The notes beneath the pieces were generated by a model, which was not told the DNA's origin, did no database searches, and saw only the letters and a program-made list of their open reading frames with translations. Shown one piece after another: positions 11,935 through 25,249 of a DNA stretch of 51,087 nucleotides (positions within the stretch are counted from its first letter, which is position 1; every line of letters starts with the position of its first letter). A program made the translations under genes and the position numbers. Source of the stretch: Basidiobolus meristosporus CBS 931.73 (lineage: Eukaryota; Fungi; Basidiobolomycota); NCBI GenBank assembly GCA_002104905.1, contig MCFE01000634.1, forward strand, positions 1 to 51,087. Reading direction: 5' to 3'.

Positions 11935-13500
11935 CTCTATGAAAAATAATTTGGTCCCACAGATGGATCCAATCTGGATCAGCCATCAGGATCCCATATA
12001 GAGACCATCACAATACCGGCAACTTTGAATTAGTGACCCTCCTAACAATCTTATGACAGGATCTTGACGGCATTTTGCTAATTTTACAACCAAATAGAGG
12101 AATAAAACTAGATGATATTTGATTGGTGCTGTGACAATATTTGCATGGTATTGTGGTGGTCTTTTTGGGCTCTATAACTATTTTAAGTGGATCCAGTTGG
12201 CCAATATATCCAATGCCTTATATGGCAAGAAGCATGATGGTATGTTGATGGCCTCACTGCAAGACTCTAATGGCATTATATTGGTAGTATGACAGTCTAC
12301 TGCTGGTTCAGTATAATGCGACCATACTAATTTACCAAATAGTATTTCCTTTATCTACATCCCCTTATGCAATTCACATATTCTACTATAGAATCACCCC
12401 ACTTTATTTGCCTACCCACTACCACCTTAAGTACTCCACATATAGTTTGAATAAGAAAAAACTATGGCCTCCTGCTTACTAACCTCTACAATGGCACACA
12501 TCTGCTGCAATTGACATACTTCAATCACCTCAACTTTACAGCTTTTTAGTGTGATACTTACAACGTTGCCATATACCTTCTACTGCTGGTCATAGATACA
12601 TCCTGCAAACATATGCTTGGTTGTTGCCACTTCTGCCATGAATAGCTCCTGAATATCTGCAAAGAACTTCTTGGTATTTAGACAATATATTCCTTCTCCC
12701 TGTTGAGTTCTAGTCCCCATTGTAGGTGCGCTCTAGCTTTTGTTTGTGCAAATTCTGTATTGAATGGAGTAGAAGTTGGCTTGTGACCATGAGAAATCTG
12801 GCATATCTTGGTAGAGTCATTCTAATTAAAAATTAGTAGGTTGTTGCACTTATCCCAACTTTGCATTATTTAATTGATTACCCATGCATTGGGGCTGCCT
12901 AGCTTCTTAATGCCAAAGGCATAGGTGTCTCCATGTGTTATGATCTACCGCTTGAATGTTCAAGTTAGATCAGTTTTTAGTTAAATCAATTAGTTTTATG
13001 TTTAGCCTATTAGTACATCAGTGTTATGTATCAAATCAGTAGTATTAGTCAGCAGATAAATTGGCAGATCCTTATCAGACAGAAATAGTTATATTAAGTA
13101 GGATCTAATTGGGTGATGATGATGCAATCAAATGAGTCATCAGCCACAGCCTACATTAGGAAATACAATTTGTCAGCAAATGATCTGGCAAAATGTATTT
13201 GAGGAGCTGCTGGAACCTCAATAAAAATCAGCTCAAGTTTTAGTAAATACAATACTAGCTAAACTCCTTATTCCTCTACAACTCTTATATCAAGACTTGT
13301 AACACCTGTGCACATTTGTCCTCACTATTTTCCAACTCTTTCTGGCTGTCCTCCATGTACCAACTCATCACATCCATGACAAACTTGAAGGTAATATTCT
13401 TGATGAGATTGTGATATGGTAGTACCTGCAACTTGACTCATCTTCCTATATCCCACACATCCACTCCAAAGAAAACTCCCAACAGGTGAAGCAAGGCTTC
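11935..13500 (-). mobile_element. CMC/EnSpm fragment with TIR at 11935 and transposase C-terminal half; contains a solo LTR
   Basis: Starts CTCTATGAAAAATAATTTGGTCCC; reverse-complement homology to ~23900-25096. Confidence 0.85.
12936..13304 (+). repeat. Solo LTR of family 3 (Ty3/gypsy), 369 bp
   Basis: TGTTATG..TGTAACA; homologous to 25550-25914, which is followed by a PBS and gypsy gag. Flanks CATG/CCTG form a degenerate TSD relative to the empty site seen at ~24095-24115. Confidence 0.8.
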
Positions 13501-13904
13501 AGCATCCATTTAGATGACAATGTACTAAAGCTTCCAAAGTCAAAACAACTGTAAGCTCCACCAGCAGGGACTTGATAAGAATGCAGCTGGGGTCAATGGT
13601 TACTGAGACAGAGAAGTATCTTTGCCTGTGCAAGAACAAACTTGGGAAAGAATCAAATATAATAAAAGAAACCTACTCAGAGTATTACTGATACAAGGGA
13701 TGATTTACTGATAAAGGATTGCCTCCATTATATGCTTTTCTCACTTGCAAGGTGATTACTATTCATGTTGTTCCAGAAGCTTCCAAGGGTCAAATAGAAA
13801 TCTTAATGCCATCAAAATGAGCTAAGAATGTTCTAAGTAGGTGCCAGTAAGTTCCAAGAGACAAAGCACACCAAAACAATCAGGAATTGTTATTCTGAAA
13901 CATG

Positions 13905-14204
13905 TGTGACATAGGGATATCATATACGGTATGAAAATGGTAGGGATGGATACACAGCTTGGTCATGTGTTACAGGTACTGGCAAGGGTACCTGCCTAAT
14001 AGAGAAGCACGTACATCAAGTAATCTTACATAAAGTGAGGGATAACTTATGCAATAAGGTAAGTAGATGCAATAGTCACCCAGCTCATAGGAGAGTACCA
14101 AGCAAGTAAGACAAATGGGATTAAACTAGTACAAGGGTGGTAGAAAAATAGGGATGCTCAAAATATGGGAATGAGCACATCTGGCAGTGGGTGTCATTGT
14201 GACC
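13905..14204. repeat. ~300-bp LTR-like repeat (family 4), copy 1
   Basis: Weak end-to-end similarity to 26950-27247 (shared AAATGGTAGGGATG and CTTGCCTAAT/CCTGCCTAAT blocks); starts TGTGACA; no TSD. Confidence 0.5.
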
Positions 14205-15509
14205 CCAATACCATGCTTCCCTGTCTCTGGCCTGGATAGACTTTTCCCCCTTTACCTTTTCCTTCATCACTGCCAGGTCTTTCACAGCTACTTTTTTGGA
14301 GTGTCTCTTTTATTGAACTACATTTTCTCCTACATAAAAGTTGCATTGATGCATCTGTTGTGGCCTGCTTGTCCCTTGCTGGAACTCTGCAGGCAACCTG
14401 TTGCTTCTTTCTTGCTAGTTTCAAACTCTAAGCCCATTCTGTCAAGGGCTCCTGAGGTAGCTGCTTGATTTTATTACTGCCAGGTCCTTCACTGCTACTG
14501 TCACAAAGCGCTTCTTGAGTAGAACTACACTTATTCTGGGTAAATGTTGTGCTGTTGCATCTGTGTCTGCCTGCTTTTCCCTTATGGCACTACTCTAGCT
14601 ACTGGATTCCTCTATGACACTTTTTGGAGCTTTTGGCCCTGCTTGTATAGGCTCTTGAGGAAGCTGCTGGTTTTTAGCCATTGCACCCTTGTTCTTGTGC
14701 CTTTGATAGTTTCTGGTACTCTTGAGCTACTTTTTAGCATACCAATGCTAGCCCAAGATCTGTTTGCTTGTTTGAATAAAGGATAATGCTCATGGAGCAA
14801 GTCAAGTACATTCTGCTTGGCCTTGAGTCTCTGATGGTCTTACAGTATGCTGGGCTTAAGGTGATGGCATGCCAGACTTCCAAAGGCCTCTTGAATATAA
14901 GCTAAGGCTCTGGTACTGGTACAAACACTATATTTTCTCCCTCCCATGCTGCAATAGGTTTTTCTGTGGGCTTTATCTTTGGGCACTGTTGTTGAGCTTT
15001 AAAACTGTATGGTGCTCCTCTACTGTTACATTGGGAAATGGCTCAATTCTTGGCTGCAACTTTGAGCTACCAGAGTTCCTTCTTTGCAGCTAAGATACTG
15101 CTTTCTCAACCTAGGATATTGATTGCGTTACACCTTTTATCCACTCATCCTGTTTCTTAACTATTTCCTGATTGCTCTGGGCCATTGCATCTATTCTATC
15201 AGCCACTGCACCTAGTTGTTTCATTAATGCCTTGGTACAAACTGACAGCATACTTGCTAATATAGGTGGTGGTGATGTCATGATGGTCACTTGCCGGTCT
15301 TCAACTGAAAGTACTGCTTTTGCCACATTCTCATCTGCCTCAGCAATATGGTCAGCTTGCAGCTTCACAGAGATTCCCAATTTTGTACTTGACTGAGAGC
15401 CTGAGGAGTCAACATTACTCCTTTCAATGAGCACATTGTCCACAGGGCCTTTTTTGGTTGTAGCCCAGCCTGTTGCACTGAATCTTAAAGCAAGCTGTTG
15501 TCCAACCAT
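14205..15509 (-). pseudogene. CMC/EnSpm accessory gene (ORF2), degenerate
   Basis: ORF pieces 15111-15509 (MVGQQLALRF..), 14612-14800 (LHEHYPLFKQANRSWA) and 14194-14424; homologous to 38049-39620, 18280-19620 and 27250-28960. Confidence 0.75.
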
Positions 15510-15798
15510 TCTTCTGCTGCTGTCAGCAGCTGGGTTTAGCTGAGAACCAGATAACTTGAATTATATTTTGGCGGCCTGAATATGGAAGTGAGTCAAACCC
15601 AAAGGGAAATAGTGCTATGTATATGTGTGTATGTGGTGCCACAACTCTATTTACAGTGATTACTATAGCAGGGCATCATTAAGTTTTACATTCATGTAGG
15701 CACAATGTCTCCAATACAAGACTGTCTTAAATTCCCATGAGTATTGACAAGAAGGTGATATAATAGCATTACATTGTTGAGTGTCAAGCAGTTTGCCC

Positions 15799-17920
15799 CA
15801 TGAACAATGCTACTTTGACTCTATGCTGTAAGAGAAGAGAAAAAAGAACATGTGGCAATTGTAGCAAGCCTCCCAGCCATGGCACTCACAGACAGCATTG
15901 GAGGTATTGCAAGGATCACCGCCAGTGTTTTGCCACATAAGTCATATTTGACCATTCACCAAACACTACTGTACAAACAACATTGTGCTGGTCACATGAT
16001 ATTTCTATAATGGCATCTGACTATACTTGTAACCTTGCACAAACTGAGTTAGCAGAGTTTATGATGCCTTTAGGCTGACCCCAGCTATCTGAATATGGCA
16101 AGCAGAGAGATAGCTTTGAAGAAGTAGGCACACTGATTGATTGTGAGCCTATTTTCCCTCAAAACAGTACCCTGCATGAGCCTGGCAAAATCCCATTGAT
16201 GCAATGAGAAAACACCCATAGAAAAAATGCCAAGGATACTTTGTGAAGTGAAGTGAGTACAGTGATAGATCTGCTGGTAAAGATGTTGTGTTGTGGCTAG
16301 AGAAGTGGGAAATTTCCACTAATATCAGTAATGGGGGCTTTGAGAATTTACTACCACTTACTGCCAAAATCATCCCAGGATGCAAATTACCATGCACATG
16401 GTATAAATGGAAGAACATCATGCAGCCGGCAACATATGACCCAGAGATCATCCTAATACCAGCATGTATTAACAGTTACATGGAGTTCACATCTGAAAGT
16501 GCCACCATAGCAAGGTGTCCAACTTGTCAGGAATCCACCACTATTGGGGGAAAACATTGTTCACACTCCAGGTATATTCTAGCAATACTTTATGTAAAGG
16601 AGCTCATGCAGTCCCACAAATATTTTGAAGCTGTAAAGTACCACACTCAATATTAATCAGGAGCAAACATATCAGATATATGAGATGGCAAACATTACAA
16701 ACAGCCAAGAAGCATGGGCTACTTTGAAGGCTTGTTTGACCATGCCTTTGCCTAGGCACTTGATGGATTGCCATTAAACAAGTTCCCTCCCAGCAAATTC
16801 TGCTGGCCACTGATTCTCATCATCTTGGATCTGCTGCCTATCTTGCAGTATCAGTACAGAAATCTGATGGTAGTCTTACTGGTATCTGATCCTAAGTCAA
16901 CAACCAACCTAGATAGCTATCTGTATCCATTCCTGGATGAACCTTGCATGCTTTCTAGTGGGATAACAGTAAATGGCCATCATGTAAAAGCACATATTAT
17001 TTTCTGCGTTGGAGATACCCCAGCCATCAGCAAGACAGCCAGCTTTTCTGTGCATAATATGTGGTATTGCTGTCAAATGTGTAAGATCCAAGGGACTTAA
17101 TCCATAGCTCACACAATATCATTACCCAAACACCAACATCAAGAACTTCAAATTTCCACAGAGAGAATGTGCAGAAGTCAGCATGCAATTGCAGCAAAGT
17201 TGGCAAGCTATATGCCGTTGGCTGGAATCTTGAACTAAATGGAAACTGGATATACTTAAGACAGTTAGTATCTGTTAGAGCAAAAGCTTCCTACTGAGAG
17301 CAATGCATTTGCTTTTCATCAGTATCCCTATACTGATGACTAAGTTGTACATGGGACATTTCAAGCTAAATGGGCCCTTTGGGATACTGGAGAAATATGA
17401 AAGAATTGGCAGGATATTACCAAGTATCAGCTACCCTAAGTACTTCTCATGGACTCCAATCAACATTCATGCGCATATGCAACAATAGAAGTGCAATGAC
17501 TGGATGAACTGGATATGTATATATTCAAGTGGCCTTCTGAAGCAATTTCTACCAAGAGTACATTGGAAGCATTGGGATTCATATGTGGATATTGTAGGAA
17601 TATTTTTCCAGAAGCAGATCACCAGTGGCAGCTTCACACATATACACTTTTGTGCCAAGAATTTTTGACAGGACTAGAGCAGCTGTACAACAAACATAAA
17701 GCTGAGCACATAGGTCTCTGCTGCTACTGTATTTATTTGCTACTCCATTGTGCTTTGCGTGTTGAGAATATTGGACCTTACTTCACCTTGTGGAGTTTTC
17801 TATGGAGCAGATGTGTAGGGAGAGAGGAAGGCAAGTCAAGTTGCAGGTACTGCCATATCCTAATCTCATCAAGAATATTACCTTTGAGCAAGGCTAATAT
17901 TTTGCCATGGCACAGATCAA
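15799..17920 (+). pseudogene. CMC/EnSpm (tnp2 / Transposase_21-like) DDE transposase, degenerate and 3'-truncated
   Basis: N-terminal C/H motif (CCKRREKRTCGNCSKPPSH), ACINS..CPTCQ, ALDG, WPLILIILDL, DSYLYPFLDE, VGDTPAISK, WYCCQMC. Confidence 0.88.
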
Positions 17921-18279
17921 ATATAGGTGTAGAACCTGTCAAGATTTGTGTGATTTGATTGGCTGGCTCAAAAGCTACATACAATTCAAGTCAACATAGT
18001 AATCCTAGCATTAGAGACTTGGTATCTATATGGTTTATGTACATTTCTGATCATAAGTCCTGAAGCACTGCTTCAAATGAGCTGCAACTTGAAGCTTGTA
18101 TTGGCTACTGAGTGTTCTGCATGACATAATATTCTTGAGCTGATTACTTTCAGGGTCTTGAGCCTTTGTCCCTCAAAGTTGAAAGTTCTTGATCTTTCCA
18201 TTGTGTATGATGATAGCAAAATGTAAAATAAAGAGATAAGCGCAATATTAGTTTGTGAGATGTTGTAGTAATGGAATAC

Positions 18280-20182
18280 TTTCCATTACCACAGAGCACC
18301 ATACAGTCTTTGAAGCACAACAACAGTGCCCAATGATAAAGTCCACAGAAAAACCTATCACAGCATGAGAGGGAAAGACTGTGGTGTTTATACCCAAGCC
18401 TAAAATTTCAAAGACAATGAAGATCTGTGAAGCCATTGAGTGCAATGATGAAGAGGGGGCTAATATATAAGAGGATGTTAGAAGTCTAGCACAGCATCAT
18501 CTTAAGGCATACCATGGGACCACCAGGAACTCAATTCCAGGCAGAATACACTTGAACTTTTCCATAAGCATTATCCTAGATTCAAGCAAGCATACAGATC
18601 TAGAGCCAGGATGGAGTGCTCAGAGAGTATCTCAAGAGCAGCAGAAACTATGAAAGGTAGAAAAACAAGGGTGCTGTGGCTAAAAAGCAGCAGCTTCCTC
18701 AATAGCTTATCACCAGAAGGGCTGTAAGCTGCAATCAAGCAGCAAAGAAACACCAGGTAGCCAGAAGAGTGCCAGTATGGGACAGGCAGGCAGAAACAGA
18801 TGTATAGGACAGCTTTTATTGAGGGCAGAGCATAGTTCATTACAAGAAGAGCTCAGTTGCAGTACCAGTGAAAAATATGATACTGATAATAACCCCCAAC
18901 TTTCTTGGGAGCCCTTCAAAAGCAGGGCTGGGAGTTCCAAACAAGCAGCAAACAAATACCAGGTTGTCAGGTGAGTGCTGGCAAGGAACAAGCAAGCAAA
19001 AACACATGCATCAGTGCAGTATTCATCAAGGAGTAAACAAAGTACAACATAAGAAGTACTTGGTCACTGTAGCAGTGAAGGACCTGAAGTGATACAACCC
19101 ATGGCTTTTTCAAAAGCCTATGACAAGCAGGGCTAATAGTTTCAAGCCAGCAACTAAGAGACATCCAGTCAACAGGGGAGTGCTGGCAAGGGACAAAAAT
19201 GGGTGCATCAGTGCATCAGTCAACAAGGAGAAAACAAATATAATACATAAAGCACTCAGTCAAAGTAGTGGTGAAAGACCTAGCAGTGATAAAGGTAGCG
19301 GTAAAGAGAAGAAGGTCTACCAAGGCCAGAGACAGGGAAGTGTCAGAAAAATACTGCAGTTCTCACCAATTAATGCCATCAATCCAGAACAGACTGAATC
19401 CCATCATAGCCAAGAAGAATTACCAGCAAGAAAACAGCTGCTTTCTCAATGGTTGGAAGTGCAGCCAGTTGAGCAACACTCCAGTGAGGTAGATGAGTTT
19501 GGAGAGAAAAGCATTTTGTCTACCACTTCCTGCATATCTTCCATTGTAGACAGAGTAGGGATCCAAGTGACAGACAAGCAACAATATCAAGAACTCAAAA
19601 GACTATCACAATGCCTACAGTAGAATTTTAGAACACCAATAAGCACACCAAGAGGTTGCAGCACTTCTTCAAGAGTAGAGCTCAGGAAAACACACATGAC
19701 TATTGCAGGGATTTATTGCAAAGACTGGCAGATAAGGTGCTAGGCCTTGCTGTACTTGCTTGTTGAGTGTGGGGTTTGGCTTAATGTTGGTGTTGAGTAT
19801 AGGGACTTTCATGGGTCAATTCAATTGGAAGTTGAGGTACAACTGAAGTTTCAACAGAAATAAATCAATTTGTATGCATGAGAAGTAAGAGAAACAATTG
19901 AGTCAGGAAGTAAGGAGTGTGAAAAAGAGGCAATAGCCAATTAATTCATACAAATGTAGGAGGTAATAGAGTGTCCAGGATCCAAAAGTGGGCAAATTGG
20001 CAATCAAAAGCCACATATACATTGTTGTGATGAAATATTTTGCCAAGTTTTTTGTGAAATCTGGGGTGCAATTATTTTTCATTGGTCTCTGTACAGTGTC
20101 CTGACAGGATTGGTACCTCTTAGTCACGGGACTTTAACTTTTTGATGGCCTTTTGATGGAATCATCACAATAATTTTTCATA
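18280..20182 (+). mobile_element. CMC/EnSpm ORF2-side end: 3' part of ORF2 with three ~200-bp repeats, and an eroded TIR at ~20182
   Basis: Homologous to 38620-39620 and 44660-45572; ends CACAATAATTTTTCATA. Confidence 0.8.
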
Positions 20183-20184
20183 CC

Positions 20185-21510
20185 AAGTCCAATCTCAAGT
20201 CCACCAATAGTCAGAAGTGAATCAGAATCAAGCAACAAGATTTATTCACTCCATAGGGCTCTACAACCATTGTTCAACCTAAATCCGTAACCAGGAGTAT
20301 CCCAAAAGTGATCAATTGTGTATTACAAGTAAGGAGATCTAACTAGAGCAGAAATAGCCTAAATTACTCTATCAATGATGTTACAAACTTAGTCTACACT
20401 TATTCTGTCCATATTAACTAAGCCCTGACTGTAAACAGGGCCTTAAATAGCCTTCAGATATGGTCTTGCTAATCTACAATGACTGAGAAGTACTAGGCCC
20501 TGATGGAAAATCAAAGATAGGACTTAGTCAAATTACCAATCAACAAAGAGTCAGTGTATGCAGATTGATCCTCAGCACAAAATACAAGACTGATAGTATA
20601 GTTGATAGAAACAAAGCAAGACTTGTGGCCAGCAAATACTCTCAACAAAAGGACTTGACTATATTGAGACATTTACACAGATAGCCAAATTTAATTCTAT
20701 CAGAATAAATTGCCTATTGCAGCTAAATACAAGTTTTTTATTTATCCAATGAATGTCAAAGCAGCATAATGGAATAGTGAACTTGATGAGGACATGCATA
20801 TGGACCAGCCTGATGTGTTTGCTAACCAAGATGATCCCTATTTGGCTATTAAGCTTAAAAAGTCACTATAAGGTCTCAAACAATCACTCAGCACCTGGAA
20901 TTGCTAATCTTCATTATATTTTGAATTGCTGAGTCTCCAAAAAAGTACTGCTACTATAGTTGCTACTATGAGCCAGATAGAGACAACTCAGCTCTACTGG
21001 CTCTACATGAAGATGGTTTTATAGTTGCCAATAACCAAGTAACCTTGGAACACATTAAATCCAGTCTATCCAAGGAGCTCAATATGTCCAATCTTGGAGA
21101 TCTTGGTTACTACCTAGGGACACATTTTACCATAGACAGAAGTGTGCAGACTATCACCCTAAGCCAGTCCAAGTATTATCAAGATACACCAAAGAATTAC
21201 TAAATGGAATACTATAAACTGGCAGCCACCAAAATGAAGCCCAACCTTGACTTGGTAAAACTCAACCAAATCAAGTGAGCTTGTTGATATTTCAATGTAC
21301 TGATTATCATCTTCAATCTATGGTCAGCAGTCTGATGTATAACATGCTTGGAACATGTCCAGACTTCTCATATTCAGTGGGAGTTGTCAGCTAGAATAAT
21401 CAGAACTGTGGACCTGATCATATTGCTGAAGTTAAGTAGATTTTAGATACCTGCAAAGAGCTGCAGATATCTGCTTAAGGTACTCAAGTAATGCTCCAGA
21501 GCAGGAACTT
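20185..21510 (+). mobile_element. Ty1/copia family 1, copy H: heavily decayed integrase tail, RT and RNaseH start
   Basis: Nucleotide homology to 48200-49060 and to the reverse complement of 49900-51087; many stops. Confidence 0.85.
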
Positions 21511-21616
21511 GTGGTTATGAGTGTTTTGCCACCCAAGTCATGTTTGACCATTCATTGGTCACTACTGTACCAACATTATCTTGCTGGCCAGTTGATACTT
21601 CTATATTGACACCTGG

Positions 21617-22161
21617 TGTCATGATCACATGACATCCCTGGTCTCCAATTATCTAGCCATATCAAGTCAGTGAAGAAATCCCAGTTCTGTCTTGAAAGTT
21701 CTACTACATTCTAGCAACTTCTTGAAAGCTCCAAGTCAATGTTACACAATGGAACATTCTATAGAAGCTTCCTATCAGAGCTTATGCAGTCCCATGCCAT
21801 ATATGGTAACTAAATGTCACATGACCTAGTCACATGATCAGCTGAGCCCTGACATATCTCCATGTAATATTCCAGTCTGTTCTTTAGTATATTCTTTCTT
21901 GGCACACTTACTGTGCCTCCCCCAGAACCCCATCAGTAATAGCCAATATCTCTTGGCATCCATATTGCCAAAAAGTATATATAGTCCTATTCCCCCTTAT
22001 GTATTCCTTGGTCTGATAAACACAGGTCTTGAATAAACAGCCTTGCCTTGGAAATCCGCCTTGCCTTGGAAGCATATCTTGTCTTGTTGATCCACACCCA
22101 AGTCCTTTCCTGGTCCTGCCTTGCCTAGCTCTACTCTCCTGCCTTGTGTCTATTCATAATA
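21617..22161 (+). repeat. Complete solo LTR, family 2 (545 bp), with 5-bp TSD CCTGG
   Basis: TGTCATG..CATAATA; CCTGG at 21612-21616 and 22162-22166. The flanks join into the uninterrupted CMC sequence seen (rc) at ~37590-37710. Confidence 0.9.
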
Positions 22162-23407
22162 CCTGGCTAGCTTTGTCACCTAGCACAAACTGAGTCAGGT
22201 GAGTTTGTGACGCCTTGAGGCTCACCTCAACCTTCTGAATATGGCACACAGAGTGATAGCTCTGACAAAGAAGGTTCACTGATGGATTTTGAGACTATCC
22301 CCCCTAACAACCGTATCATGTACAAGCCTGGTCAATGAGACAACACTTGCTGGGACAAATGCCTAGGATACTTTATGTAGCCAAGTGAGCCTAGTAATCC
22401 ATCTACCAGTGAACAATGTAATGCGGTGACTAGAGAAGTGGCGCATTTCCACAAATATCAGTAATGGGGACTTTCAGAATTTATTACTACTTCTTGCCAA
22501 AATCATACTGGGATACAACTTATCATGTACATGGTAAAAGTGCACCACCGTCATGCAGCTGGCAACATATGATCCAGAGACTGTCCTGATTCCAGCATGT
22601 GTTAACAGTTGCATGGCATTCACATACTAAAATGTTACCATTGCAACATGACCAAGTTGTCAGGAATCCACCACCATTGAGGGAAACATTATTCACACTC
22701 TGAATATATTCTGGTCATACCTTGTCTGAGGAAGCTGATGCAGTCCAACAAATATTGCAAAGCTATACAGTACCAGACTCAGTATCAATCAAGCACAAAC
22801 ATATCCAATATATTAATGGCAAACATTACAAACAGCTAAGAAGCAAGGGCTACTTTGAAGGTATCTATGATCATGCCTTTGCTTTAGCACTTGATGGATT
22901 CTCCTTAAAAAAGTACTTGACCAGCCAATCCTGCTGGCCACTGATTCTCATCAATCTGAATCTGCCACCCATCTTATGTTATCAGAGCAATAATCCGATG
23001 GGAGTCTCACAGGTATCTGAGTCTAAATTGCAATCCAACCTGGATAGCTACCTGTATCCATTGCTGGATTAATTTTGTAAGCTTTCCAGCAGGATAACGG
23101 TAAGTGGCCATCATGTAAAAGCCCATATTATTATCTGCATTGGAGATACCCCAACCATCAGCAAGATAGCAGGTTTTTCCGGGCACAATGGATGGTATTG
23201 CTATCAAATGTGTAAGAGCCAGGGGATTTACTCCATAATGCACACATATTATTATTACCTAAACACCAGCATTAAGTACATCATCTTTTGACAGAGAAAG
23301 CATACCAAAGTCAGCATGCATTTGCAGCAAAGTTGGCCAGCTATAAGCCATTGGCCGGAATTTGGAACCAGTTGGAAACTGGAGATACCTAAGACAGAGA
23401 GTATCTG

Positions 23408-24163
23408 TTGGAGCAAAAGCTTTCCACTGGGACCAATGCATTTGCTTTTCAACAATATCCTATATTGATGACCAAGTTGTATGTGGGGCATTTCAAGCTA
23501 AATGAGCCCTTTGAGACACTGGAGAAAATTGAAAGAATTGGCCTGATGTTACAGAGTATCTGCTACCCTAAGTACTTCTTGGGGGCTCCAATTAATATTC
23601 ACTTACATATGCAACAATACAAATGCAAAGACTGGATGAACTGGATATGTATTTATTCAGGTGGTGCTCTGAGGCCATTCCTACCAAGAGTACATTGGAA
23701 GCATTGGGAGTCATATGTGGACATTGTAAGAATATGTATCCAGAAGTGGATCACCAATGCCAACTTGACACATCTACAGCTGTTGTGTGAGGTGTTTGTT
23801 GTGGGGTTTGAGCAGCTATACTACAAACATAGAGCTGAACCTGTAGATCTCTGCTGCTACTGTATCCATTCTCTACTCCATCTTGTATGGTGTGTGGAGT
23901 ATATTGGGCCTTTCCTCACCTTTTGGGAGTTTCCAATGGAGTGGATGTGTGGGGAGATAGAAAGACAAGTCAAGTTGCAGGTAGTACCATATCCTAATCT
24001 CATCAAGAGTATTACCTTCAAGTCTGTCATGGATGTGATGAGTTGGCACATGGAGGACAGCCAGAAAGAGTTGGAAAATACTGAGGACAAATGTGCACAT
24101 GTAGATACCTATGCCTATGGCATTACAAAGCTAGGCGGCCCTAATGTGTGGGTAACCAGTTAA
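23408..24163 (+). pseudogene. Longest open piece of the CMC transposase (DUF4218-like region with the third catalytic E in FPME)
   Basis: YKCKDWMNW..LHSLLHL..GP..FWEFPMEWMCG matches the conserved CACTA transposase block (KAEEW..HxLxH..GP..W.FPMER). Confidence 0.85.
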
Positions 24164-25249
24164 GTAATGCAAAGTTGGGTTGGGTGCAACAAGCAACTAA
24201 TTTGTATCAGGAAAACTTTACCAAGATATACTGGATTTCTCATGGTCACAAGCCAACTTCTACTCCATTCAATACAGAAATCACACAAACAAAAGCCAGA
24301 GTGTGCCCACAAGGGGGACTAGAATCCAGTATGGAGAAGGAATATATTGGCTAAATATCAAGAAGTTCTCTGTGGATTTTCAGGAGGTATTCATGGCAGA
24401 AGTGGCAACAACCAAGCATATGTTTGCAAGATGTATATGTTACCAGCAGTACAAGGTATATGGCAACTTTGCAAGTATCATACTACAAAGCCCTAATGCT
24501 GAGGTGATAGAAGTATGTCACTTGCGGCAGGTGTGAGTGTTTGTAGAGGTTAGTAAGCAGGAGGCCATAGTTTTTTTTTATTTGAACTATATGTGGAATA
24601 CCAAAGGTAGTAGTGGGTAAGCAAATTAACAGGGGTGATTCTACAGTGGAATATATAAATTGTACATGGGGAGGGAGAAAAAGGAAATATCTTTTGGTTG
24701 ATTGGTATGGTAGCATTATATAGAACCAGCAGTAGGCCATCATACTGCCAATATAATGCTATCAGTCTTGCTGTGAGGCCACCAAAATACTGTCAAGCCT
24801 CTTGCCATATAAGGCAATTTGAAGTCCTGGCCAACTGGATCCACTTAAAATAGTTATAGAGTGCTTAAAGACTGCAACATATACTATGCAAATATTGTCA
24901 CAGCACCAATAAAGCATCATCAAGTTTTATCCCTTTATTTGGTTGTAAAATTAGCAAAACATTGTTATGATCCTGTCTTGAGATTGTTAGGAGGGTCACT
25001 AATTCCAGCTGCTTGTATTATTATGGCCTCTAAATGGTATCCTGATAGCTGATCCAGATTGGATCCATCTGCGGGACCAAATTATTTTTCATTGTGATTC
25101 TGTGATCATCTGATTTTATTATTTGTGAGAATTTTTAATTTTTAGCAATCAATGCATCCCTGGACCTAGTTGGCTTCTTTTCTTTGATACTGAGGAATCT
25201 GTTTGGCTTGCTTGCATTTTAGTACTGAATAATAAACATTTAATGTTTT

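Larger units (their letters stand above)
21520..25096 (+). mobile_element. CMC/EnSpm copy: nearly the whole transposase plus terminal TIR at 25096
   Basis: ORF pieces 22722-23072 (FALALDG..WPLILINLNLPP..DSYLYPLLD) and 23408-24163 (..HSLLHL..IGPF..FWEFPMEWMCGEI); end rc CACAATGAAAAATAATTTGGTCCCGC. Confidence 0.9.

Noticed and set aside
18700-19320. CRISPR-like array, or prophage/bacterial defence locus
   Set aside because: The repeats are ~200-bp degenerate coding units without unique spacers, and every recognisable protein motif belongs to eukaryotic transposons.
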